The notes beneath the pieces were generated by a model. It was not told where the DNA came from. It searched no databases and saw only the letters and a list, made by a program, of their open reading frames with translations. A stretch of DNA of 64,000 nucleotides from Nemertoderma westbladi (lineage: Eukaryota > Animalia > Xenacoelomorpha): contig JAUCBJ010000341.1 of the NCBI GenBank assembly GCA_032718475.1, positions 9,069 through 73,068 of the forward strand, written 5' to 3'. Made by a program: the position numbers and the translations under genes. Of this stretch, positions 51,176 to 64,000 are shown piece after piece (within the stretch, counting starts at the first letter, position 1; each line of letters opens with the position of its first letter).

Positions 51176-54100
51176 TGTTTGGCTCCCGATAAATAGGTAT
51201 ATTGTTTTTTTTTACGGGTTTTTCAACCTTTGTTTGATAGTGACCCCAGGGAAGTGAATGATTTTTATTAACCCAATAAAGTTTATCGTCAAATGCGCTG
51301 AGAGCAAACTTATCTCGTGCTACAGTGTACACTTTGTGTAATTGACTCTGAAATTGATGCGTTTCCTTGGAAATTTCTTCGTTATTCTTATATGCTCTTA
51401 AATAATCTTCGTGGCAAATTTTTTTATCCACGACAGGTCTTGTTATTCCTTTCGCCCGTCGTATATTTTTGTTATTCCATTCCAAAATTGAATATAACTT
51501 TGGTCTTAAAAATACTGCTTGTTTAATCTCTCTCGAGCACAACTCGTCTTTACAGTAATAAAGTCTGGATTTATTTTTATCGCTGTAGAGAGGGTGATCC
51601 TTGGGGTAATTGGATGTATCTAGAATATTATTTTTAATTAAGGCTTTTAAGAAATTACTCTGCGATGTATTATAGTAACAACCTATTAAAGAGTCCGTAT
51701 CTGATGCTACAATTTCAATTCGGCAGTTTAATTCTTTCTCAATAGGTAGTAATTTATTATAGTACAACTCATACATATCCAATTTAGCCAAGTCCAAGAC
51801 AGTGCTACCTACATAGACCGGTTTATCTAGTGTCACACTGTCTTTCACTAATAAGTGTCCCGATAAGGAATTATTATAAATTATAAATTGTTCATGATTT
51901 ATACGTTTCACCAATTGATCACATTTCTCATTGCTATTAGCGATACGAAAGTTGCATCGGTCCCGTATCTTTTCTATCGTTTTACCAAATAACGAATTAT
52001 TCAGCAATTTCGCGACAGCTGTTTCAATGTAACTTTTTGCTAATCGCCTTTGATTAATATTAAAATCTATATAGGGTTTAAATACAAAGTCTTGATGGAA
52101 AGAATACAATTTATGTAGTTTAGTAACAATTAAACCTTGTTTTATATAAAATTTTAACAGTTTTAAATTTACATGATAGAATTCCTTATCGAATTGTGTC
52201 AACATAAGTTTTGGAGCACACATCTTATACTTGCTATTAGTACCTCTTTGTTTACATACATGATTATATTGTTCCCTCATATATGGTGAAAGCATTGTCT
52301 CATTTATACTTAAATGTTCCGGGGCTAAGGGTAGTTCTAATGTACGATCATGAATATCTTTGGGATATTTCAAATCGCAAATTAAGAAAAACCCAATATC
52401 CCCTTCAGTATCAAGATTTGTTAAATAGTTTATTAGTTCTTCTGGAGCGGCATTCTCTAAATATGTAACGTTGACTTGATCAAAACCTGAAACAGGTAGC
52501 TTTTTACTTAAATTACCCGAATACAAGGAATTAAAATCTATATTGAAAATATGACACTCTTCCTTGCTTGGATCATAATTATCAGTATCTGGTATATTTG
52601 ACTCTATGTAATGCTTTCGACAGAATGAAACCCCTCCTCTAATAGATGCTTCAAAATCTCTATATGTTTGGTAATCTTTTATTAATGCTAACTTACATTT
52701 ATTGTATTTCAGGGCGCAATCATAAGTGAAAGCTGCGATACTGCAATAATAAACTACTTCTAATTCGTAGTTTTGTCTACATACTCTCCTAAAGTTCTCA
52801 AATATATCAGCGAGGAGACAAACATCGAGTTTTAAGTATGCTAAAAGATAATCCTTGAGATTTGAACAGTCAAACTGACTCCATGCGTTGGCAAAACTAT
52901 ATTCCTCGGGTGTACAGGTATTTTGTGTTAATTTACTATAAAATTTGTCTATTGATGGTAATTTCGAATCATTGAATTTATTTAAATCTGTCAGATACTC
53001 GTAGGGAAATATACCTTTTCGTTTAATTGTTGCATTATTTAAATTCGGATAAAAATATTTCATTTGCTGTTCAGTAATTGGTAGAACTGATGTTATATCC
53101 TCGCTGTCTATATCCTTTGTTGAACAATCAACTAAAGTACTTAGGGAAAAGGATAAAAATTGATATGTGTCTAAGACACGTAGCTCAATTTTTGTTTTTT
53201 CATCTTTCACTGGTATATACATACTCAGTGAAATATACCTTTCAGAATTTTTAGGGATCACCTTTATATCCCAATCGGAATATCGGTTATTACAAAAGCC
53301 AACTTGTAAAAGAAAATGCAAATCGTAGTGATTGCAGTTGTGTGCAGCAAGTATATACATGTGTCGTTTCAACGATAAAGAGCGGTTACATGTGTTACAA
53401 GCGGCCGCTATATAGTTACCAGTAATATGTGAGTGATGTTTGTTTTTCTCAGATTTATCCTTAAATAAAACATTGCAATAAAAGCAAGTTTTAGCTTTCC
53501 AAAAACTTAACTTATCTACATCATTAAGTATCATCTTCTCTCTCGTGTGAGTTTCTGACCACTTATATAATTGGGTGATGTCATTATATACAGAGTCTAA
53601 AAAGTCTTGAATACAGTTGTTGTCGATTGTTTTTGTAAAGGTCTTCAAATAAAATTTTGGTGGATTGATTAATTCGGTACTAGGAACAATTAAATAACTT
53701 ACAGCTCATGGAATATGATTCTGAATAAATTTACTGTTGCTGGCTGGCTCCAAAATAGATTCTATGTCAAAATATATTACAAACAATGCTGGTAATGTTC
53801 TGTCTAAATTTCTAAAGCTAATGTGAGTTCTTTTTTCAGATGGTAGCTTCTCAACTTGACTTTTTCCTCGATAACAAGCAAGACGGTGACGTTCTAGAAC
53901 ATCCTTTCTGTAGAAAGGAGACAAACACCGTTCACAATATTTCCTACCTCCAATATGCTTACCTCTTGTATTCATCATGCGATTCAAGTTAGTTATGCAA
54001 ACATAATGTGATTGTTTACTCGTATTCTTATTTTTTACAAGTAATATATTCAATAACTCTTTATCTGGAGTGATTTTACTAAATGGTGCCTGTCTTAATA

Positions 54101-55165
54101 TAGATACTCGATTGTTGTTGTAGAGTAATAAATTAATTATATATACTGAATTCTGTTTTTCAAAAAGTTTAATTGCAAGCTGCCATTCTGTTGGATAATC
54201 TTTGTTCCTGTTGTCAAAAATAAAATGGTTCATGTAATCTGTGTACTGCAAAGTACGGTTTTTGTGATCTTTCACTTTGGTACTAAATTTTGTGGCTATA
54301 ATAGCCCATTTGAAACAGTCATTATCAGCCGTTTGTATATTTATAATACATTGTTTACCTGATAGAGCCTTAGGTAACTCCATATAACCGTGACCTTTAT
54401 ATAGTAACGACCTACACTTAGATTCAGCTACTTTAATTTCCACTCTTAATAAAGATTTAATGCGCCACCCTGAGCCACGAGTGTTAAAGATGGCTATTTT
54501 TTGCATTAATTTTTCTAGTACATACTCAAACCATGTGTCAAAACTTTCATGTGAATCTACGGTATTAACTGCACCACCTGAAGAACTAAAATAGAAAGTT
54601 TCTTCTTGGTCTCCCTCAGAAAAATGTGATCGATACATGAGTATATTCACACCTAGCCAGGGTCTAAGTACATTCATTTCGCTAAGTTTTCCTAATAATA
54701 ACGTTTGGATATGAGGTAGAATATGAACTATCGATGAATCTCAGGAAAATCTTCATCATTTGGAAGATTGTAAACATAGATTTCTAAATGGTTATCGTGT
54801 GTGGATCGTTCGATGCTAAAAATTGATGGACCTTGACCAGATTTCAGTCTTTTTCTAGATGCGACAGTATTGTTTTGGTTCCGTCGTGGTGGTCTAACAT
54901 GATAATAACGTTGGTGACAGTCGTGACATAAATAATTCTCATATAAATACTCTTTATTACAAGTAGGGCAAGTTTTTTCATACACGCAAAACTTCATTTC
55001 TTTACATCCCGTAGTTGATTCATGTCGTTTACAAATTTCTTCTTTAGGTGTAAAAACGTGACACTTAAAACAAGAATAACCATGAAAATGCGACTTCAGA
55101 TGAGATAAATAGTTATGTTTAGAAATTTGAAGAGGACAAAATGGACATTTCAATTGTTTATCCAT
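51156..55165 (-). pseudogene. Protein-primed family B DNA polymerase in three frame pieces (54728-55165, 53706-54677, 51156-53648)
   Basis: GSGW, CFKWAI, HYVCI, YFDIES (ExoI), EndoVII-like CFYC...HHSHITGNYIAAACNTCN, HNCNHYDLHF (ExoII), KGIFPYEY, YLKLDV (ExoIII), DFNSLY, KLLNNSLFGK, SDTDS, LRPKLY. Confidence 0.9.
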
Positions 55166-55711
55166 CTCTTTATTATCCTAAAAACAATTTAAAATTAATA
55201 TGAATATTGTTATATATATAATCAAAAAAAATTCATAAGCTACTCAACACAAATAAAATATAATATCTAAACTTTAATTAATTTAATATTTTCAGAATGA
55301 GCTCGAATGAATCAGTTGAGCTCTTTATATATATTTCAAGTTTCTACTTATACCAACCAATCATAAATAACAGTTACATTGGAAACTAATATCATAAATA
55401 AAGTTGCTTTTACAACTGAATTCTTTAATAAAATCAAGTCTAAACCAAGATGTGCATAATGTGTTTTTAATTTTCATTGATAAAGTAGGTTTTACATGCT
55501 AATGTTTTATTATGGTGGTGTAATCTCACGCATTTACATGGGAATGTTTTATACCTAATCCCATGCTCACATTAAATATAAACTATCACCAATATTTACT
55601 CAATAAAGTCACCTTTACATGCAAATACTTTATAATAATCATGCTTTGTGTTAAAAAGTTACCTTTACTAGTTAGTGTGAAACTGAAAAAAAGTCTCTAG
55701 TTAATAATAAA

Positions 55712-56755
55712 TCAATCTGATACTGTTTTTATATGTTCCTTATTGTAATCTGCTACCTCTTCACTTGCTTTTGTAACTTTTATTTTCTTTGTAGGTATAG
55801 AATCATTGTTGGGAATGGAAGATGTTTGAGATGTAGATCTGCGCTTTCTATCACTCGATGTCTCTTCGATGTATGTCTTTGGATTAAATGTGGATGAAAC
55901 TACTTCTGGAAATGACTTATTAACCTTAAACTTCCAAGTTGGTTGATATAGAATCGCGAAACCGTCTGCTATATCAGTTGATGAAACCTTTTCCATCATA
56001 TCGTAGAGAAACTCTATATGTGGTATGTCTTTATCGTAATGTAACTGTAAATATTTGCTTTCCTTGTCTGTAATAATTACTTTTTTTTCTTGTACATTTA
56101 TTTTTACTTTAAGTCGGTCAGATAAAGCTTTATCGCTCGTATCTAGCTCTGAAAAGACACCTTCGTTACTAATTTCATAATTCCATTCATACCACAATGA
56201 ATTTACTTCCGATGCTGTTAAGTTAAACCCATTATAATACCTAAGACCAATAGCATCAGAATATCTAGCTGAAATCTCCCATAGTCCCATATAAGCCGTT
56301 CCTTTATATTTGCTTACAAAACCAACAAAAGATGGGTTGGTTAAATTAACAACATAACACTGATTTATTATTTCGAGTGGTGGTGATAACAATTCTAATA
56401 TTTCTGTCTTACTCTGAAGCAATAAATTAATGAGTGATTTGTTTAGAATTTGACATTTGCCTTGCTTCTGAATATATACGTTTTCAGTAATAACACAGGT
56501 GGAAATATTTAACTTTCCTCTTGTAAATTCTATATTAGGATAAATATTACCTCTTGAAACTGATGATTCCTTTTGTCGGTTGATTAATATTTCTAAGATG
56601 TCTAGAATGTAGAGTGTATCCCAGTAAGAGAAGCATGTTGTTACATTGCTATCGCTTGAGTGTAATATAAAGTACTTGCCATAAACAATACTACAGGTAT
56701 ATTTATTACATGTAAATTTCCAAGTATTGTTTGAACTTTTTTTAAATAAATCCAT
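55712..56755 (-). CDS. Hypothetical protein with possible PC4/Sub1-like ssDNA-binding motif and basic tail
   Basis: Intact 347-aa ORF. FVGFVSKYKGTAYMGLWEI...GFNLTASEVNSL resembles PC4 V.V..FKG...IDIRE...GISL..EQW..L. DRKRR and PTKKIK are NLS-like. Confidence 0.5.
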   Translation of the reverse strand: MDLFKKSSNNTWKFTCNKYTCSIVYGKYFILHSSDSNVTTCFSYWDTLYILDILEILINRQKESSVSRGNIYPNIEFTRGKLNISTCVITENVYIQKQGKCQILNKSLINLLLQSKTEILELLSPPLEIINQCYVVNLTNPSFVGFVSKYKGTAYMGLWEISARYSDAIGLRYYNGFNLTASEVNSLWYEWNYEISNEGVFSELDTSDKALSDRLKVKINVQEKKVIITDKESKYLQLHYDKDIPHIEFLYDMMEKVSSTDIADGFAILYQPTWKFKVNKSFPEVVSSTFNPKTYIEETSSDRKRRSTSQTSSIPNNDSIPTKKIKVTKASEEVADYNKEHIKTVSD

Positions 56756-57316
56756 AATTAGAATGAAAACTATTTTGAAAAATAAAAAACTAAATAAATG
56801 ATTATTAGATTGTAAAACTTCGGTTTATATGCTTGCTTTATTACAACAGAGTGACTTACAGTGAATAATATAGTAGTTTCGTGTAACAGATGCAACGTGT
56901 ACAGCTAAAATTATTACATTAGCGTGAGTTAGAGAGTGAAATAGCAGTAACGAGTAACAGATGCAACGTGACCAATGTTAGTCCTATCAATCTAACTTAT
57001 ATTCAACTTAGTTGACCGACCAGTCACATATATACAACGATAAAAGAAATCGATTATTATTAATAGTCGAATTAATGTATTCTATGCTATAGTAATTATG
57101 TTAAGAGACTAGAAGCTATTTATAAACATCTGCTACCAGTGATGAAGATGAAGAATTCAATGACTATGGTATAACTCAGATATTTATTGCCTTTTTCTCT
57201 CGTGGTTGGATGGGAGAGTGAGTGGAGAAATGTGGGGAGTTATAACGGTCCCGAGTACGAACCCTGTTGAATATTTTGTTATCTGAAAAATTGCAAAATT
57301 AAATTTAGTTACTGGT

Positions 57317-57572
57317 GAAAAATAGTAGAAGTTACCTCTAGACACTCGTAGCACCTATAAAATAAAGGTTGGTGAATATGAAAATACTGGTTGCTGAAAA
57401 ATAGCGATTTGAAAAATAGTAGACGTTACCTGTAGACACCCCTAGCATCTGTAAGATAAAGGTTGGTGAATATGAAAATACTGGTTGCTGAAAAATAGCG
57501 ATTTGAAAAATAGTAGACGTTACCTGATGCTAAGTGTAGACACCCGAACACCTGTAAGATAAAGGTTGGTGA
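57317..57572. repeat. 94-bp tandem repeat, about 2.7 copies
   Basis: gaaaaatagtaga at 57317, 57411 and 57505. Confidence 0.85.
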
Positions 57573-57802
57573 TTGGAGGAAGGAGTAGCGTAGGGTGACT
57601 AATAACGCCTCTAGCGGAAGATGCGGGACCTTGAGAAGTTACCATGGTTACGGTTGAAATGCTGACATCTGATTGGTTGAAATAATAACGACCACTGCTA
57701 ATGGTTGAAATGGTGGCTTCTGATTGGAGGAAGGAGTAGAAATGGATGGTAATGATGGGCTATGGGTGACCATGGCGCCGTGTCATACAATTATATACTA
57801 CT

Positions 57803-58390
57803 AACGTTAACAATGGCGGCCCACTTCCTCACGTACCAGCCCAGTACGTTAACGATGGCAGGTGGCAGCCCATTTCCTCACGTACCAGCCCAGTACATTA
57901 ACGATGGTGGCCCACTTCCTCACACACCAGCCCAGTACGTTAACGATGGCAGCCCACTTCCTCACGCACCGGCCCAGTACTGTTAACGTTAACAATGGCG
58001 GCCCACTTCCTCACGCACCGGCCCAGTACTGTTAACGTTAACAATGGCGGCCCACTTCCTCACGCACCGGCCCAGTACTGTTAACGTTACAATGGCGGCC
58101 CACTTCCTCACGCACCAGCCCAGTATGTTAACGTTAACAATGGCGGCCCACTTCCTCACGTACCAGCCCAGTACGTTAACGATGGCAGGTGGCAGCCCAT
58201 TTCCTCACGTATCAGCCCAGTACATTAACGATGGTGGCCCACTTCCTCACACACCAGCCCAGTACATTAACGATGGCAGCCCACTTCCTCACACACCGGC
58301 CCAGTACATTAACGATGGCAGCCCACTTCCTCACACACAAGGCCAGTATATTAATGATGGCGGCCCACTTCCTCACGCTTGGCCCAGTAC
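57803..58390. repeat. ~42-50-bp GC-rich tandem array, probably subterminal to the Polinton-like element
   Basis: About 13 units of ttaac(g/a)atggc(g/a)gcccacttcctcac(g/a)caccagcccagtac. Confidence 0.88.
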
Positions 58391-60039
58391 AGACTTTCAT
58401 ACTTTAACAATGGCGATGTATTTGCTGCATTATATAATATATCAAACTAATTTTCGGAACTAACAAACTAATAATTGCAAATTTGCTTATAGTTATATAT
58501 TGCATTTGCATATAATTTACAAGCATTTTAATATTTTGCTGCAGGATCTAATTGTACAGAGTCATTAGAGGCCGCGGAACAAACTGACTCGCGGACCTAA
58601 TGACTAAAACTCATACACTTTCTGTAGATGATGGTGTGTTCCATCAATTAAAGTATATTATTATAGTTGTATGACTAATGGCTTAGAAAGTTGCAGTATT
58701 TGATTTAGTAGTGAGGTAGGTTGAAACAATGCCTAGAATTGTGATCTTCGATAGTCCAATATATGTGATATTTGCATTGCAGTGATTACGTTTTCGGGAA
58801 CTGCTGTTGGTGTTTAAAAATTGATTATATTCCAATACTTCATTCACAATGAATGCTACGAATTTTGATGTAGTCATAAACCCGATCGATTTACTGTACA
58901 ATTATAAAGCAACCGCTGTACTTTCACTAAAAATACTGCTTACTAAATATTTGCGTATTGATTTTCTATCGACTTAGGACTTATTGCTTTAGAACTACAG
59001 TATAGCTTCACTATAATATCACTGTAATGAGAATTACATTGATCAGTAAGAAATGTGTTAAGGTACATGCATTATAGTAACAATGCGGAATACCCCCCCA
59101 ACAAATAAGTAGGTTTGTAATTTTTTAATGTTTTCTAGAACATTAAATATTATATTCTAGAACATTGGTTATATTCTATTAAGCGTAAATGATGTTCTAT
59201 AACATTAAGAAATAGTAAAAAACTGAAAATAGCTAGTAAATAGAAATAAACTTTATGTTCTACTTTATTTCATTTTAGGGAAAAATGTATTATTCGAAAT
59301 TTGTTTTTCATACCGTATTTAAAATTGAAATTGGTTTGATAAACCACGCCAGCACGTTTGGTATCCTTGATAATATTCATTTACTTAATGAAATACATAG
59401 ACATGCTTTGCCTATTATTTTGCATAATTTGTTAATTTTTTAATTTTGATAAATCTTTCAATACAATTGTGAGCCATCAGCGAACCGTAATAATGTAGTT
59501 TTCCAAATTTGTGTTTGGAAAACACATTTGGATCGCTGATCGCTATTAATCATTCGTCAGAAACTAAATTGGTAGAATATAAGATTTCGATACGATACTA
59601 CAACGTGTAAAACTTCTATTGATGTTTCCATCGTATAAATTGTTCCATAGTTAGGCAGAACTTATCTTAACATGAAAGAACAACCAGATAATTCAATCGA
59701 AACCGTTCACAACAGCTTGCTTTGTAGTGGCATTGTGTGGTACAGTTATAATATTATACGATTAATGTGAACAGTCCGAGAACGCAGCTGCTACCCACAC
59801 GCTAATTGAATAAAAATAAACAAGACAATAACCCTTTGTAGCAAAAAATATCAATATTTTATCATAATATTGCCTTGTATAGTTATAGAAGCATAATATT
59901 TTTTGGTTCCAAATTATCTGACGCTGGTTAAATTCATATGAGAATGGGAACCTATTTTAATTCATCAATATTCCATTAAATTCTTATAATTTGATATTCT
60001 TTCCAGCATTCTCGCCTTTTTGAGATTACAGAAACATTA

Positions 60040-61400
60040 CCACAATGTCAAAGTCACTGTTGGTGATCTGAATGCACAAATTGTACCAGAAGACATAGAA
60101 GGCTACACCATCCTATAACACCATTTCGATTAGAAATGGAAGCAACTCTTAGACCCAATTGATATCCAAACGGAACCAAAGTGCAGCTGGATTATATCCT
60201 TATCAACAAAAAGAGGAGGAACAGCATGATTAACTGCGAGGTTTACAGCTCCAGCTCATTCGACCTAATTGGTTCTGACCACAGAATCGTCTGCAGAGGT
60301 CAGACTCCGTTTGAGAGCCAGCAAACCCAGGATAAGCAAGATAATCAACTATACTAGGACTTCTGGGAGAAACTTATAAATGCAGTAAAGCTTACACAGT
60401 GGAAGTTCAAAACCGCGTTGAGTGAGATTCTCGAGTCAATGGGAATACCAGTCTACAGATTCAAATATCAGAATATAATAAAAGCCCACAAGGATTCAGC
60501 CAATAACCATATTCCCCAGAAACCCAAACAATACGTATGTGCAATGCAAGACTCTGGTGTTACTTGTAAGCGAGAAGATTTTAAGATGGCCTACTAAGTA
60601 AAAACTGAACATAAACAGCCGATAACATTAACAAGCTTGAGAAAACTACAGAAGATCTCAGAGTGGCTTACAATTCTAGCCAGGAGAAGTAGCTGCTAGA
60701 CACAATTGAAGCAATTACAGCACAGCAGCTCACATACATACCATTATTGAATGTTTGAAACCATACCTAAGGGGAAATCAATCAATTTGTACTAAAAGTT
60801 AACTAATGCCTCTTCCCATAAAAGCTATCGTAGAATCCTTATCATGGAATCAGTATCCTACTGGTTAGCAAAATGAAGCTATGATTCTACATAAACTGCT
60901 GCATAAGAGTAAAAACCGCTGCGAAAATGGGTTGAAGGAATTAAATCAAAGAACTTCAAAAAATCTGTCGATATTTGTGGACTTCAAGAAAGCATTGGAC
61001 TTCATCCATGTCAGTTAAACATCAGTTAAATGCGGCAATCGTAAGAGCTTATGGAATGCTGAAAGTAGTTATCATTGACATTGGATTGTTATATTTTGAC
61101 ACAGAAGGTGAACCTGCGACAGTTTGGATCCATTACTATTAATCATTGTATTGGATTACGCAATGAAGTCAGCCACAACTGGTGAAGATCTTGGAATCAA
61201 TCTACAAGAACGTAGAGCAGATACCACGCTCATACAGTCACAGACACTGACTTTGCGGATGATATTGCATTGCTTTATGATACGCTAGCTGATGAACAAC
61301 TTCGACTAAACAAAGTGTTAAGGAGGTTGGATTGCATATAAATACTACCGAAACGATTTCATGGCTTTTAATCTTAATGGAAAACTGACTGCCATCGAGT
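60040..61400 (+). pseudogene. Degenerate RTE-like non-LTR retrotransposon (APE and RT)
   Basis: APE motifs VGDLNAQI, VQLDYILINKK and GSDHRIV; RT motifs IFVDFKKA, IIVLDYAM and DFADDIAL; many stops and indels. Confidence 0.8.
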
Positions 61401-64000
61401 ATAACATGACGATTCTTAGATGTCACATATAATAGGATGTGTCGCAGGGTTAACAACACTGTGTGGTCGGTCATACGTAACACCCAGAGTATGATGTATC
61501 CAAAATTATCAGAGGGCGTGTACTGGCCAGCCAAGAATTCGTGATATGGTCTTATCCAGTCCCCTTAAATTCAACTTTGTCTAAGTTGCGTTATATTTAT
61601 GGCTTAATCGAATTATTTTGATAATTCACAGACGGATATTCTAAGGTATACGCAGTAATGATTGCACATAGGGTACGAATTGTATAATTTATATGTATCA
61701 CGCATATATTTTGGAATTTTTGAATACGAGGATCGGTTAAGCCTGTAAGAAGGCATCTGACAATTAAATGAATTCAGGATTAACATTCAGCAAAGGTCGA
61801 TAAACTGATACCTGGTGGTAAGTGACGTATCCTAGGTAAACGAAACAGATATGAGGATGGATCAGCAAACTATAAGCAAGACAGTGCCACACGCCCGCCA
61901 ACCACGTAGATAAAGGATAGGAAAGAATCATTATCAGAGGGCGTGTGTCTTTGTAAGTTACACTTCTCGTGCAGCAAAGTTAATAGATTCCACCTTTATT
62001 ATACAGTATAGTAAGTAGTATAGCAGCTCTCTTTCATCCGTATTATTGTCATCTCATTTTTCTGACTATCTTTTCAACAACTTAATGTTTAATGACCTTT
62101 GTATCTAATAATGGATTCAGAATCGGGTGTGTTTGATGTATTTCAACAGGCCCATCCATATTAGATGAATAAATTTACATGGCATATTGAATTATTTACG
62201 GTCAGAAAGATAGAAATTAATAACAACCTACAAGTAACCAAAGTATCAATGTCCTACAAAGCGGAGGCGGTTACGTCTTGTTTGTGAGGACACGTGACAC
62301 CACCAATTCTATTGTATAGAGTGTGGTTGGAGATGTATTCATTGTACTTAACCCTGCGAATAATTATTTTGTATTTGCCATCAAGGAATTTGGTATCCTC
62401 AGCAGTTAGAGCCCCAGATTGACTCACATATAGGAGTACTGGTATATCGAACAAAGAGATTCCATTTTATTCTACGGGACTTCCAAATCATGGGCAGACT
62501 ATTCAATGCTGCTCAGTGTTAATGCATTCCACTTTATCAATGCGCATGTCAGATCAACAGATCAACAGATCAATCTTTTCATGATCTTGTTCTATGATAG
62601 TCGGTAGGTAAGCGGAAACTAGATACAACCAAAATATAAAGCAGCAAAAAAATCAGAAACTCCGACAAATACGTTACTTTCTACAATATTATCTGTATGA
62701 ATAGGAAGATTTAGAAATCCGGGCTTCAGGTCTTATCCAACGTTTTTATTAGTGGTCTTTCCTCGGCCACCCCAATTAGGGATCTTAACTATTGTTTCCA
62801 CCTTGGAAATAAGCTGCAAAGCTTTAGGGGTTATCCTTTATGTTATGTTGGACAATACTTACTATACATTAATAATTTTACTGAGTTAATGTATTGGTTT
62901 CTATTGTTTGCATAATATATAAATAAATCTATCTATCTATCTATTCCATGTCAACCCATTTACGTGGCTAAAAAAATACATGGCCTAGCTACTATGCTGT
63001 AAACCACCTCGTTTTATGCGGATATACATTACTGCTACATTTTATACAAACATCATGCTATATATTATTAATTCATTTAGATTACTGGGTGAGATAATAT
63101 TCATTATTCATTCGTTACTATTCATGAATTATTTTGGAATAATATATAGCGGGTGTAGGTTTTTAGTGGTTAGCTACCTACCGGTAACCTACTCTACTGA
63201 CCCTCTCTTGGGTCGACAACTAATGATGCTGCTTACTTAATAAATTAGAATATGGGTTTCCATTTGGCTACATTATTTCTTGAGATTCCAGATCGTCATA
63301 TAGTCATATAGCAGTATATATATCTATATATACTCTATATATAGAGTCTACGTTCATTTGAGAGGGCGATACGATAAGTGATCTACTTTGGCTGGTCTTA
63401 TCATAATTTGCTGTTTTTGAGTAACTAAGATAGAATTGATATTTTTTCATTAAATTATCATTTTCGACATTGCACAACATAACGAACGTGATTACACCCG
63501 AGTATGAAATAGTTTCATAAAGCACACACTGCTTGTACTGTATTAGTTGAGCACAGAGCATTGAGCATTCCAGGGGATTCAGTTACAGATTTCTTCAGAA
63601 GGCTCAACTAAAGGGGCCTTTGGCAATTTCTTATCAGTGCGACCGGAATTGCTAACCAGAGTAGATGTGCTCTACATGCTTCGGAGTAAGAAGAATATCA
63701 TACATATCCTAAGGTCATTCCTTATGTATTTCCCCTTGACTTCGTTGTGTAGAATCCATTTTTAATGAAGCATAGAAATACCGTTCTGTGTGCTGATATA
63801 TTATTTTTTCTTAATACCCGAAGGTTATAGGCCTTCACAATAGCGTTAATTGCTTACCCTATTTTTGTGGTTAACCACCGTAAAACATATACATTGTTGT
63901 ATTTCAAATATTACAAAGTGAGATTATATGAAGGCCTGGAATATGTATGTATCTCTTTTGGTCCCGGGACAAGGCCAGCCCCAGTACACATTTACCCCCT

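Larger units (their letters stand above)
48072..58400. mobile_element. Decayed Polinton/Maverick (adintovirus-like) segment
   Basis: Compact, intronless AT-rich genes including adenain protease and protein-primed PolB; tandem repeats at the right end. No integrase, capsid, ATPase or TIR recognised in the window. Confidence 0.8.

Noticed and set aside
57762-58463. Repetitive ORFs or a CRISPR-like array
   Set aside because: Head-to-tail tandem units with no unique spacers, no cas genes and a eukaryotic context.
62254-63561. Short minus-strand ORFs as exons of a host gene
   Set aside because: No recognisable motifs or consistent splice structure.

Overview
AT-rich animal (probably invertebrate) genomic DNA. 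It starts with the last two coding exons of a Trio/Kalirin-type gene; the rest is almost all mobile DNA. (1) Three related BEL/Pao LTR retrotransposon copies (A, B, C). Copy A (~14 kb) inserted into the RT of copy B with target duplication CGCAC, and a later ~10.8 kb inversion split A's 3' LTR. Downstream of pol, the family carries a large extra ORF. It is not env: in copy A it encodes a DEDDy (RNase D/WRN-like) 3'-5' exonuclease domain, a CCHC zinc-finger cluster and a basic NLS-like tail. Copy A has no tRNA-type PBS; the 11 nt after its LTR are instead perfectly complementary to a site inside the LTR, reminiscent of Tf1-type self-priming. Copies A and C share an in-frame RT/RNase H deletion. 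(2) A decayed Polinton/Maverick (adintovirus-like) segment with adenain protease, protein-primed PolB, a TBP-like gene and a possible PC4-like gene. (3) A non-autonomous family bounded by TGT at both ends, a piggyBac-like element, a foldback element, RTE-like LINE relics and tandem repeats. All domain calls are motif recognition by eye; no searches were run.
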